Positions 37,198 to 46,471 of a stretch of 64,000 nt of DNA are shown here, in pieces. Below the pieces are notes generated by a model. It ran no database searches and was not told the origin of the DNA. It saw nothing but the letters and a program-made list of their open reading frames with translations. The DNA comes from a virus: IMG/VR virus record IMGVR_UViG_3300032242_002717, positions 23,402-87,401 of that record, one strand, 5' to 3'. How positions within the stretch are numbered: the stretch's first letter is position 1; every line of letters starts with the position of its first letter. A program made the translations under genes and the position numbers.

Positions 37198-38138
37198 GCA
37201 TTGCAGAAATAAGGGAAACGCAAGAGGTTCTAACTCACGGCGAGATGGTCACGCTGGAGAGCCTTGAGCAATTCATTACTCTTAACATGAGTACGGCACT
37301 TCAGGTTGCCGAAGCTCTAAAGAAGATTCACGACGAAAAACTTTATCGGGGAACGCACTCGTCCTTTAATCAATATGTTAAGGACAGGTTCGGAATCCAG
37401 AAGGCACATGCCTATCGCATGATTTATGCCGGTCGAACAATCGAAGACCTGTCTGGGCATCCCGTTGCTCCAGAAAGCGAATTTCAGATTCGCCCACTCG
37501 CAAACCTAGACCCTGGACTCAAGGTTGAGATCTGGGATCAGGCTGTTGCCGAGGCGGGTGGAGAACAGCCCAAACCGGCAGACATTAAAAAGAAAGTCGA
37601 GGAGATCAAAAACAAGAAGCCTACGGCACTTTCGCCTTCTCATGTAGATGCGGCAATAGCTGGCGACGACGACGAGCGTGCGGCTATTAGTGCCGAAGGT
37701 TCCATGTCCGATCCTGTGGTCACAGATGTTGTCGGCGAAGAAGAAAACGAAGAACTCGATATGCATGCGGTATTAGCTTCAATACCAGTCAGGGAAAAGC
37801 TTTCAAGGCGATGCAGGGAAGGTTTTGATATTGACGTACTTGCATATCTTAAGTTCAACGAGACTTCTTCGTCCTCGATCAGAAAGATCTTTCTTGAATC
37901 TGACAAGTCGAGACCAACAGGAGTCAAGCAGGGAGTGTTTGTTGGCAGGCTCTACTCTATTCATCGATTCCCTCATCCAAGGCCAGGAATCAATTCGGCT
38001 GGAAGGCAAGAGAGTGGCTGGCTTGCATGTCTTGATTGCCTTGATAGGCTTGAGCAGGTAAGCACTGGCTACATGCGTGGGACCACTAATGACTGCTTGA
38101 GTTGCAGAGGTCGCGGATACACGATCCCCGGAGCTTGA
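37194..38138 (+). CDS. DNA-binding protein (DUF3102-like N-terminus, C-terminal Zn ribbon)
   Basis: ALKKIHDEKLYR.THSSFNQYVKDRFG...AYRMI, ESEFQIRPL; CLDC...CLSCRGRG. Confidence 0.55.
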   Translation: MSIAEIRETQEVLTHGEMVTLESLEQFITLNMSTALQVAEALKKIHDEKLYRGTHSSFNQYVKDRFGIQKAHAYRMIYAGRTIEDLSGHPVAPESEFQIRPLANLDPGLKVEIWDQAVAEAGGEQPKPADIKKKVEEIKNKKPTALSPSHVDAAIAGDDDERAAISAEGSMSDPVVTDVVGEEENEELDMHAVLASIPVREKLSRRCREGFDIDVLAYLKFNETSSSSIRKIFLESDKSRPTGVKQGVFVGRLYSIHRFPHPRPGINSAGRQESGWLACLDCLDRLEQVSTGYMRGTTNDCLSCRGRGYTIPGA

Positions 38139-38139
38139 A

Positions 38140-39828
38140 ATGAAAACCAACCCAACAAGAGACGACATTCAAGCCGAGATGGTTCAGTCGGTGATACGAG
38201 AGTGGCAATCTGGCAAGAAGACGATCATTCACGCTGCCACCGGAACAGGAAAGACTATTACGGCTGCAAAGCTAGTCAAGGAGACCAACAGTCTCGGCAA
38301 GTGCCTTTTTATTGCGGACATGAGAAGGCTTGTGGAGCAAACTGAGGACAAATTTCACCGATGGGGTGTTGTCACAGCTGTCGAAATGGGAGATAGGAAC
38401 GCAAAGGACTCCATGGCCCTATTGGGTGGAGTCGATGCGGTCATCGCCACAAGACAAACTCTTTCTAGCCCAACTCGGCTTGCGAAATGGAACCCTCATG
38501 AATTTACTCGTGGGATTATCGATGAATGTCAGATGTCTTCATCTGATAGCATTCGCCTTATCATGTCTTATTTCAAAGGCATCACGAACTGGGTGGGACT
38601 ATCGGCAACTCCATACAGGTCTGATGGCAAAGCCCTTGTTCCCGACATATTTGATTCCATCGCCTACCACTATCCACTCAAAGACTATCCTGACGGCAGG
38701 CCGGGAGCTATCTCGAACGGACATCTCGCGCCCGTGAAAATGGTCGAGTGCAATGTTGGAATCAATTTAAAAGGTCTCAAGAAGACCATGACAAAATACG
38801 GAAAGGACTACAGCCAACAAGAGCTTGAAGACAGAATCTCAAAACATGTCGATAAAATGGCAAATGCCGCAAGAATGGAGATCAAACGCCTGGGAATCAG
38901 GAAGGCACTCCACTTCACCCCAGACGTTAAGACGGCGTTGGCCTTTGAATCGGCTTACACTGCCATCGGGTTGCGTGCAAAGGCTATCTACGGCGACCAC
39001 AAGGAGCCTGAAGAGATATTCAGGCAGTTCGACGAGGACGAACTCGATGTACTGGTGGGATGTCAGATGTTCAACGTGGGAGTGGATTTCCCTTCGTGTG
39101 ACTGCGTAATCATGGGTAGGCCAACCAAAAGTCACGTTCTGGCCTGGCAGCAACTTGGTCGAGTCACAAGGGTGTCGCCCGAGACCGGCAAGCAGGTGGG
39201 ATATTGCATTGGTTTTGGTTGGGACTGTGATGACGAGGGTCCGGTATCCACCCTTGATTTGTTTTTTGAAGATGAGCCAGATCCACGACTTGGAGAGATT
39301 GGACGGCAGATCGCCAGGGGCATGGAAGATTTTGACCCTCTGCAAGTTCTTGAACAGGCAAAAAAGATAAGAGAAAAGGAACTAGAGGACGAGGAGCGAA
39401 AGGCAAAGGCGAGAGAAGCAAAGGAAAAGGCTCAAGAAGAAAACCGCATTAAGCTCAGGATCGCCGCGAGAGAAAGGTCAGTGTCTTACCGCAGAAGGGA
39501 GCTAGACCCTCTTGGTGTCGCACTTTCATCAGCTGTTCAACAACCTGCAAACATGGCACCGAGGGAATCTATCGATGGGTCAGTCAAAAAAGTCTTGGAG
39601 CAGTTTGGCATCCATGACACTCGTTCTCTTTCTCCTAGCCAAGCCATGCACGCGATAGAATTTTGGAGTGATAGAGAATTTCGCAAAATGGCCACCTACG
39701 GTCAGGTCAAGTTCCTGATGAAACAGGGATATAGCGAAAAAGAAGTATTGAAGATGTCTCGTCAAGAAGCCGACCGCGCGGTCGGCATGCGGTTCGCAAA
39801 GTTCAAACAAGATAGGAGCGTTTCGTGA
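38140..39828 (+). CDS. superfamily II (DEAD/H-like) helicase
   Basis: ATGTGKT, IIDECQ, GLSATPYR, GVDFP, QQLGRVTR. Confidence 0.9.
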   Translation: MKTNPTRDDIQAEMVQSVIREWQSGKKTIIHAATGTGKTITAAKLVKETNSLGKCLFIADMRRLVEQTEDKFHRWGVVTAVEMGDRNAKDSMALLGGVDAVIATRQTLSSPTRLAKWNPHEFTRGIIDECQMSSSDSIRLIMSYFKGITNWVGLSATPYRSDGKALVPDIFDSIAYHYPLKDYPDGRPGAISNGHLAPVKMVECNVGINLKGLKKTMTKYGKDYSQQELEDRISKHVDKMANAARMEIKRLGIRKALHFTPDVKTALAFESAYTAIGLRAKAIYGDHKEPEEIFRQFDEDELDVLVGCQMFNVGVDFPSCDCVIMGRPTKSHVLAWQQLGRVTRVSPETGKQVGYCIGFGWDCDDEGPVSTLDLFFEDEPDPRLGEIGRQIARGMEDFDPLQVLEQAKKIREKELEDEERKAKAREAKEKAQEENRIKLRIAARERSVSYRRRELDPLGVALSSAVQQPANMAPRESIDGSVKKVLEQFGIHDTRSLSPSQAMHAIEFWSDREFRKMATYGQVKFLMKQGYSEKEVLKMSRQEADRAVGMRFAKFKQDRSVS

Positions 39829-40934
39829 GGATTTCTGTTGCCAGGAAACTTTTTGAGGAAGCGTTGTCTTCTTCTGGGATGGTAGTCTCTAAGAGTTCGC
39901 CAAGGGTAAGCATTCAGTGTGTCCTGATTGAATGCGAAGATTCATGCATGACGATTACTGGTACAAATTTGAATTACTGGGTAGAAAAAACCATTCCCGC
40001 TGAATGCGAAAATGGGTCATTTCTTGTTCAGCACGATAGGTTACTGGCCGCTGTCAGATCAATAAAGAGTGGGGACGTTGTCACATTAGAATATGACAAC
40101 GATTTACAGTTGCTCAAAGTCAAATGCGGGAAAGCCAAGTGGGAGTTTGCGTGCGTTGACCCTTCCGAGTTTCCCAGGCCAAAACGAATCAACGATGAAG
40201 GGGTTTTTGTTTTAAGCTCGGAGTATCGAAACGCTATCAAGAAAACAGCGTTTGCAGCAGAAATCGAAACGACACAATACGCACTTCAGGCAGTGGCTCA
40301 TTTTGCGGACCATTTTGGAGTCTCTCTTGTCGCCACAGACGGGAGAAGGCTTAGTAAATGCTTTGCAACTTGCGGGTGGAAAACCGAATCACAGGTTCCA
40401 GTTCTTGTCCCGGCTTCAGTAATGAAGACCATAGAAAAGATCTCAGCTTCGATAGACGGATCAGATTTGATATGCGTCTCTTTTGATGCGTCAACAGTAT
40501 GTTTTTCTTTTGCAAGCACCAAGGTAACAAGCAGAACACAGGAAGGAAAGTTTCCGCAAAACTGGAGCCTGATCCTTCCAGGTTCTGATCCGATTGCAAA
40601 GGTTTCCGTGCCTGCCGATGAGCTAAAGGCGAGCCTTGACGCAACCAGAGTCACGACCGACAAGCTCTCCAGTGCCGTAGACTTTACAGTTGGAGAGCAT
40701 ATCGAGATATCATCTAAAGATGAGACAGGGTCTTCCGCAATAGCCCTGACCTGCGATGTCGAATGGCAAGTTGAGAAAACACCATTCGTTATTAGGGTTT
40801 CTCCAAGCTATATGTCCGATATCGCGTCCGTTTTCCCTGGAGAGATGATTGAAATAGCATTCTATGGAAGCGATAAGCAAGTCGTTGTCAACGGAGCAAA
40901 CGGATTTGTCGGCGTTGTGATGCCTCTCGGATAG
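39825..40934 (+). CDS. dnaN: DNA polymerase III beta sliding clamp
   Basis: 369 aa; ITGTNL, EFP, KTAFAA....YAL, LVATDGRRL, EGKFP, VVMP. Confidence 0.9.
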   Translation: MRISVARKLFEEALSSSGMVVSKSSPRVSIQCVLIECEDSCMTITGTNLNYWVEKTIPAECENGSFLVQHDRLLAAVRSIKSGDVVTLEYDNDLQLLKVKCGKAKWEFACVDPSEFPRPKRINDEGVFVLSSEYRNAIKKTAFAAEIETTQYALQAVAHFADHFGVSLVATDGRRLSKCFATCGWKTESQVPVLVPASVMKTIEKISASIDGSDLICVSFDASTVCFSFASTKVTSRTQEGKFPQNWSLILPGSDPIAKVSVPADELKASLDATRVTTDKLSSAVDFTVGEHIEISSKDETGSSAIALTCDVEWQVEKTPFVIRVSPSYMSDIASVFPGEMIEIAFYGSDKQVVVNGANGFVGVVMPLG

Positions 40935-40958
40935 CGTAATATTTCAGTAAATCCTATG

Positions 40959-40998
40959 AAATAAAAAAAGCAAGCGGATTCGCTTGCTTTTTTTATTT
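40959..40998. terminator. bidirectional rho-independent terminator
   Basis: AAATAAAAAAAGCAAGCG-gatt-CGCTTGCTTTTTTTATTT. Confidence 0.85.
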
Positions 40999-41040
40999 GG
41001 TTGCTATTGTGTTGCTGGCAACTTCGTGATAACTTTATTC

Positions 41041-41349
41041 ATGTCGTTTAAATCAAACTCTTCAGCAGGACGCAAAATGGAGACAAGGCATAGACTCAGT
41101 TTTCAGGAGGTTTTTGATCGTTTTGGGTTTGAGTTTGGCAGTTTGGTGGCATCGTGTTGGTTTGTGATCCAAGACATGATTACTCAAGCCCAATCAGACG
41201 GATTAGGCGACGACAAAATTCATGAGCTTATCGAACAAGAGATTGCTTACCATCGATCTGTTTTTCCGAAAGATTCAGAGCGGTCTGCGTCCGCCTTCTC
41301 TTTAATTACAGAAGATGTTTTACCTGATCTTCGCAAAAGAAAAAAATAA
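41041..41349 (+). CDS. hypothetical protein (start 41041 or 41077)
   Basis: ORF after the terminator; TAATG overlap with the next gene. Confidence 0.55.
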   Translation: MSFKSNSSAGRKMETRHRLSFQEVFDRFGFEFGSLVASCWFVIQDMITQAQSDGLGDDKIHELIEQEIAYHRSVFPKDSERSASAFSLITEDVLPDLRKRKK

Positions 41350-41804
41350 TGGGCCGATCAAGAATATCAAGGAAAGAAGCGGATCGACTGATTGCTGGCC
41401 AAGATGTTCCTGCTCAGACCGTGTTTCCAACTGTCGCTGGAATGGACTCGCAGTCGGCACAATACTCTCTGATTTTATCAGCCAGAAAGAAAAGAGGTGA
41501 AATTCAAAGCTTTGAATACGAAACGCACTTGATCTTGCTTTCCTCGAAGTTCAATTGCCATTACAGGCCGGATTTCGTTGTCAGGCTTGCAAATGGAGAA
41601 ATTGAATATCACGAATGCAAATCAAGGCCAAACAGTCACGGCCTTGTCAAGACATTCTGGGCGGCGGAACTCTTCGACGGGCACACATGGGTCATTGCGA
41701 CACCCAAAAAAGGCAAAAAAAAGGGCCAGGTTTCCTTTCTGACCAAAAGGTTCCAGGCAAACCCATCGGGTAGAAAGCATGTTCAAAGAGGAGAGAACAA
41801 ATGA
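41349..41804 (+). CDS. PD-(D/E)xK nuclease (DUF1064-like)
   Basis: GEIQSFEYE...YRPDFVV...EYHECK. Confidence 0.7.
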   Translation: MGRSRISRKEADRLIAGQDVPAQTVFPTVAGMDSQSAQYSLILSARKKRGEIQSFEYETHLILLSSKFNCHYRPDFVVRLANGEIEYHECKSRPNSHGLVKTFWAAELFDGHTWVIATPKKGKKKGQVSFLTKRFQANPSGRKHVQRGENK

Positions 41805-42430
41805 GCCTGACCGGCGAAAGACGCGAAAACAAGAACTTGCAACTCATCAGAGATTTCCAGTCTGGAAATGAAGATGCTCTTGAGGAGTTCATCGAAATTA
41901 ACATGCCCGCAATACTTAGGCGAGTTAAGAACACCTCATGGTTTTACAATAGATCAAGCCATGACAAGCGGGAGATTGTCGAGGGTGCAAAAATCGGTTT
42001 ATGGAAAACCATGCGAGATTTTCGATTCGATGCCGGGGCCAAAGTTTCGACGTTTATGGTTTGGAAGATTCGTGGCGAGATTAGCCATGTCCGACCGGGT
42101 AGGACAATTGTAATCCCCGTCAAGTCCAAGACCAGCATAACCGAGGTCTCAATCGAATCCGCCAAGCACCTTGAGTTCCTGGCGATAGATCAGGACTACC
42201 AAGACATTGAGAGAAAAGAGGCAGTGTCTATGGTTCTTGCAAAACTTCGCTCCAAGGACAGGCACGTCTTGGCTCTTCGGTTTGGCCTTGATGGCAAAGG
42301 CGAGAGGACACTCCTACAGATTGCCAATCACTATGGTGTCAGTAAGGAGAGAGCCAGGCAGATTACAAAAAACGCGCTGTCTAATGCAAGAGATGCGATG
42401 GAACTGATTGGAGGTGTCGCATGCGTTTGA
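41801..42430 (+). CDS. sigma-70 family RNA polymerase sigma factor (phage-encoded, 2)
   Basis: GLWK....F.FDAGAKVSTF..WKIRG region 2; VLALRFGLDG..RTLLQIA...GVSKERARQI region 4. Confidence 0.85.
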   Translation: MSLTGERRENKNLQLIRDFQSGNEDALEEFIEINMPAILRRVKNTSWFYNRSSHDKREIVEGAKIGLWKTMRDFRFDAGAKVSTFMVWKIRGEISHVRPGRTIVIPVKSKTSITEVSIESAKHLEFLAIDQDYQDIERKEAVSMVLAKLRSKDRHVLALRFGLDGKGERTLLQIANHYGVSKERARQITKNALSNARDAMELIGGVACV

Positions 42431-42933
42431 CCAACCTGGATCTCAAGATTTTCTATGCGTTCAAAGACGAGTACGAAGCGAACACTCTCCAGTATCCGAG
42501 AATAGCGGTACTGGAAAATAAAACCAAAATGTCATACGAGGAAATAGAAAAAAGACTTTCTTTTTTCAGGACAAGCGGCGTGATCGACGAATCGTCGCTT
42601 CAGCTTTCCAGGCAAGACAAGGGAGGCTCAATTTCATCTGGAACCATTGGGTTTAACCTTCCCGAGCTTCCGAAGTTTGATGTTCCTTCTAGCGCCACAA
42701 AGGATGAGATCAAGGTTCTGAGGTGCGCTCAGTTGCTGTACCCTTACGGTGGCCCCTGCGATTACTCGAAAATCATGGAAAGAAGTAAGCTTTCTTTTTC
42801 AAGGTTTGAGTCTGCACGCCTTTCGCTTGGAGACAAGCGATTATGGATTTGGTGCAAGCCACGGCAAAAGCATTTTGTGCCAGAGTGGAATTACTCGCCG
42901 ACAGTTCACAAGCGAGTGGTCGAAAAATCATGA
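42421..42933 (+). CDS. hypothetical protein (possibly tandem winged helix)
   Basis: GGAGG SD; two similar helical halves. Confidence 0.5.
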   Translation: MRLTNLDLKIFYAFKDEYEANTLQYPRIAVLENKTKMSYEEIEKRLSFFRTSGVIDESSLQLSRQDKGGSISSGTIGFNLPELPKFDVPSSATKDEIKVLRCAQLLYPYGGPCDYSKIMERSKLSFSRFESARLSLGDKRLWIWCKPRQKHFVPEWNYSPTVHKRVVEKS

Positions 42934-43793
42934 GTAAACACATGCTTGCCCGAGGGGATGCCGTAAGGCTTCCTCTCGGGGATCGGTCGGTTGATCTGGT
43001 GATAGGGTCTCCGCCTTATCTCGCTGCTCGTCTTTACCTTGAAAACGGGAAAGATCTTGGAATTGCCCGCGACTGCGAAAGCTGGATCGCCTGGATGCTG
43101 CAAGTCACAAAAGAGTCTCTTCGGGTCAGCAGGGGAGCAGTAATCTGGGTCGTCGCCTCAAGCACGATCAACAGATGCTATCAACCCGCGCCTGAAGGTC
43201 TTCTTTATAGGTGGTGGCAAGAGTCTGGTTCTCTTTACCGTCCTGTGATTTGGAAGCGAAACGGCATTCCAGGTTCGGGCGGAGATCAGTGGTTTCGAGG
43301 AGACACAGAATACTGCCTCTGCTTTAAACGAGATGGAAAGCTTCCATGGTCGGACAATACATCTTGTGGCAAGCCGCCAAAGCACCGACCTGGCGGCAAG
43401 GTCAGTCACAGGCTCAAAGATGGATCGCGTGCCTATGAGAAAGGCACGGTTTGGAGACAGCCCGCAATTTCCAACCCTGGAAACCTCCTGGACACAGGAG
43501 CTACAGGAGGAGGGCATCTTGGCCATCCTCTGGCCCACGAAAACGAAGCTCCGTATCCAGTTGAAGTTCCTGACTTCTTTATACGATCTCTATGCCCGCC
43601 AGGAGGCGTGGTGCTTGACCCGTTCAGCGGTTCAGCGACAACAGTTGATGCGGCGAACAGGGCTGGCAGGAACGGAATTGGCTTGGATTTGCGGCAAAGC
43701 CAATGTCTTCTAGGAACCAAAAGGATTGAAAACCCGATTCAAGTTAAGTCGTCCAGGCCAAGGACACTGATGGAGATTTTTGAAAATGAGTGA
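42930..43793 (+). CDS. N4/N6 DNA methyltransferase (beta class)
   Basis: DLVIGSPPY motif IV before VVLDPFSGSATT motif I; APYP. Confidence 0.88.
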   Translation: MSKHMLARGDAVRLPLGDRSVDLVIGSPPYLAARLYLENGKDLGIARDCESWIAWMLQVTKESLRVSRGAVIWVVASSTINRCYQPAPEGLLYRWWQESGSLYRPVIWKRNGIPGSGGDQWFRGDTEYCLCFKRDGKLPWSDNTSCGKPPKHRPGGKVSHRLKDGSRAYEKGTVWRQPAISNPGNLLDTGATGGGHLGHPLAHENEAPYPVEVPDFFIRSLCPPGGVVLDPFSGSATTVDAANRAGRNGIGLDLRQSQCLLGTKRIENPIQVKSSRPRTLMEIFENE

Positions 43794-44361
43794 ATGCCTC
43801 AAGGACATATTTATCGAGACCACGTCTGGTCAGACATTTTATCTGTTTGATCCAGACCCTTCCTCCATCGACCTTGAAGACATTGTTACCTCGCTTGAAA
43901 GAATCCCGAGATATTGCGGACACGGAAAAGTGGCATGGTCCGTACTCGCTCATAGCGTCTGTGTGGCAAAAATGGTTCCGCAACAATACAAGATGACCGC
44001 TTTGTTGCATGACGCTACAGAGGCTTACATTCACGATATTTCCAGGCCCCTTAAAAGCACCAAGATGTTCGATAATTACAGAAAACTTGAGCATAAGATC
44101 TGGTTGACCATAGCGAAAAAGTTTGGTTGCCACGAGGTTATTCCCGAGTGTGTGCATGCAGCAGACAACGCAATTACTTGGTACGAGGTTCAGATGCTAA
44201 TGCATCGACCTCTTGGCCCTTGGTGGAACAAATACAAACACTACGCCGACATGTTTGCCAAGCCTGAAGCGATGGAAAGCCTGGCTGGAAACTCGGGATT
44301 AGCAAGAGAGGCTTTTATGATTGAGTTTTCTCGATTACAGGCAATATCGGGGGCCTTATGA
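43780..44361 (+). CDS. HD-domain phosphohydrolase (YfbR-like 5'-deoxynucleotidase)
   Basis: RYCGH, SVLAHS, ALLHDATEAYIHD, ADN. Confidence 0.85.
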   Translation: MKMSECLKDIFIETTSGQTFYLFDPDPSSIDLEDIVTSLERIPRYCGHGKVAWSVLAHSVCVAKMVPQQYKMTALLHDATEAYIHDISRPLKSTKMFDNYRKLEHKIWLTIAKKFGCHEVIPECVHAADNAITWYEVQMLMHRPLGPWWNKYKHYADMFAKPEAMESLAGNSGLAREAFMIEFSRLQAISGAL

Positions 44362-45035
44362 GTGACGACAGATTGATCATAGTCGGAGTCTGCGGAAGCG
44401 TTTATTTGGAAGACGGTCTTAGATTGGGATCTGCTGGAAGCGGAAAGGATGCGTTTGCAGATCAGGCTTGCATTGAATTTGGTTTCATGAAGATCGGACT
44501 TGGTGATGGCGTCAAGTCGTCTTTTGACGATATCGATCAACGCGAAAGAAGTTTGACTAAAGAACTGGGCGAAAATGGCATTTCCACAAGGAACGCCTGG
44601 CAGGTTCTTGGTACGGAATGCAGGCATCGAAGTCAAAACAAGACGCTATGGAGTTCTCTTGCTATCGCCAAGATTTCCTACCTGGCTTTTCAGCACCCCG
44701 TCCGCCGAACTCGATTCATCATTCCAGACATGAGGTTTCTGGAGGAGCAGCAAGAGTTTTTGAGGTGGTGCGCTCTTGAGAACGCAGTTTTTTGCCTAGT
44801 TGAAGTAAGAAGAACTTTGAAGAATGCGTCTCGTTCCTACAATGTCAAGGAAGGGATGCACTCTAGTGAGACCGAAACAAAAAAACTCAAGCCAACGATT
44901 GTCGTTGAAAACATTGGCGGACTTTCGGAATTACACAGGCTTTCCTCTACAGTCATTTCAGGCTTAATTCACGATCCCTCCGAATGCGAAAGGTGGATGC
45001 AGGTTGCTAGTCAAAGTGAAGAAACTAAGTCATGA
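44358..45035 (+). CDS. deoxynucleoside monophosphate kinase
   Basis: GSAGSGKD P-loop, R..WQVLGTE..R, IPDMRF..E, HSSE. Confidence 0.85.
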   Translation: MSDDRLIIVGVCGSVYLEDGLRLGSAGSGKDAFADQACIEFGFMKIGLGDGVKSSFDDIDQRERSLTKELGENGISTRNAWQVLGTECRHRSQNKTLWSSLAIAKISYLAFQHPVRRTRFIIPDMRFLEEQQEFLRWCALENAVFCLVEVRRTLKNASRSYNVKEGMHSSETETKKLKPTIVVENIGGLSELHRLSSTVISGLIHDPSECERWMQVASQSEETKS

Positions 45036-45435
45036 TGCCAAGACTCCAACAAAGGCAAATCATGACGACCTCGGAATTGATTTCTATTCTATTGGCGAGC
45101 ATACGGTCGAGCCTCAACATTCGAGTGTGATCCCAACTGGAATCTGCCTGGAGTTGGTCTCGGGAACAAAAAACGTCTATGGGATAGTCCTTAAGACAAG
45201 AAGCAGTCATGCTTGCAAAGGTCTTATGGTCGGTGGGGGAGTGATCGATCCAGGGTACAGAGGTGAAATCAAGGTAATTTTGACAAACTTTACCAGCCTC
45301 CCGATGGTAATTCCTGGCGGAACAAAGATCGCTCAAGGTGTTATCACAAAAATGATTGATTCGGAGATTGTCGAGTGCGAAGACCTTGCTGAGTCTCCGC
45401 GCGGAGACTCTGGTTTTGGAAGCAGCGGACTATGA
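45004..45435 (+). CDS. dut: trimeric dUTPase
   Basis: GIDF, IPTG, RSS, GVIDPGYRGEI, KIAQ, RGDSGFGSSG. Confidence 0.92.
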   Translation: MLVKVKKLSHDAKTPTKANHDDLGIDFYSIGEHTVEPQHSSVIPTGICLELVSGTKNVYGIVLKTRSSHACKGLMVGGGVIDPGYRGEIKVILTNFTSLPMVIPGGTKIAQGVITKMIDSEIVECEDLAESPRGDSGFGSSGL

Positions 45436-45626
45436 GTTACAAGTCAGTTAATAATACCAATGTGGAGCTTGAGCATATCAGATGCTCAAGTCCATATTTG
45501 TATGTGGCAATTCAAGTTTGTGCGTTTCTTATAGCCGCATTTATTACTTTTGTGGCTATTGCCGGAATCTTATTTTTTGGCACGCTAGATCTCTTTAAAG
45601 GGCTTATTAGAAAATACAATAAGTAG
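45432..45626 (+). CDS. small membrane protein
   Basis: One long hydrophobic helix and a basic C-terminus; ATGA overlap. Confidence 0.5.
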   Translation: MSYKSVNNTNVELEHIRCSSPYLYVAIQVCAFLIAAFITFVAIAGILFFGTLDLFKGLIRKYNK

Positions 45627-45637
45627 CGTACGGCATG

Positions 45638-45666
45638 TTGCCTCAGCATTGACAACTTGTTATGAT
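45638..45666 (+). promoter_or_regulatory. sigma70-type promoter
   Basis: TTGCCT-17 nt-TATGAT with extended TG, intergenic. Confidence 0.5.
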
Positions 45667-45702
45667 ATAGTGTACAAATAATCAGTCGCAGAGATCTTCT
45701 TT

Positions 45703-45972
45703 GTGAAAACCGGAAAAAAAGTAGCACTTGAAGACGGTAATTGGGACATAGAAGATACCGGCTCAAGATCAACTCCTGGGCATAACAGAGAAAGACTCAG
45801 CTGCACTGACAAAAGATTTATACAATCTCAGGCGATAGCCTTGCTGTGGAGGCTCGGCTGGAGTTGCAAGCATGTTTCGATTGCGACCGGCCTCCACCCC
45901 GGAACTATATCCAGGAAATTTGCACTTTTCAGGCGAATAAAAAAAGAGGGCGAAAATGTCGATGCCTTCTGA
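45703..45972 (+). CDS. small HTH protein
   Basis: LGWSCKHVSIATGLHPGTISR. Confidence 0.5.
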   Translation: MKTGKKVALEDGNWDIEDTGSRSTPGHNRERLSCTDKRFIQSQAIALLWRLGWSCKHVSIATGLHPGTISRKFALFRRIKKEGENVDAF

Positions 45973-46357
45973 TTTTGAGAGAGTCCTGAAAACGATGAGA
46001 ACACCAGAAAAATCTTTTGCTTTTTTTGGTTCGAACCCTTCGTGGACACCAGACAGAGAAAAAAACACGAAGGCACCAGTGCCGGGCAGTCAGGCTGGTC
46101 GCACTGAAATCCCAGATTCTTGTAAGGTTTGTGGTGGCCTTCAGGCTGAGGGTAGCAATGATGACCCTCTTTATTCATCAAGTATCCATGTGACCGTATG
46201 TGCTTCTTGCATGCGGACTCCAATTCGTCACAGAGGATCTGAAAAAGGATCTGTTTTTGCAGCCGATCCCAAAAGACTAGGAAGGTTGGTCGCAAAGGCT
46301 TGCCGCAAAGAAGACAAGGCTGTTGCCGCCAAAATCAAAAAAGGTGCGTTAGCTTGA
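45956..46357 (+). CDS. hypothetical Zn-ribbon protein
   Basis: CKVC...CASC; GAGG SD. Confidence 0.5.
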   Translation: MSMPSDFERVLKTMRTPEKSFAFFGSNPSWTPDREKNTKAPVPGSQAGRTEIPDSCKVCGGLQAEGSNDDPLYSSSIHVTVCASCMRTPIRHRGSEKGSVFAADPKRLGRLVAKACRKEDKAVAAKIKKGALA

Positions 46358-46471
46358 TTGATGCTGTTTTTGTGATTGTGGTTTTTTCTCTTGTCGGCAT
46401 TTATGAGTCTATAAAGCTCAGGATTTACAGGCGTCTTAAGTAATTGCTTTGATATTATTGGGGGAGCGCAG

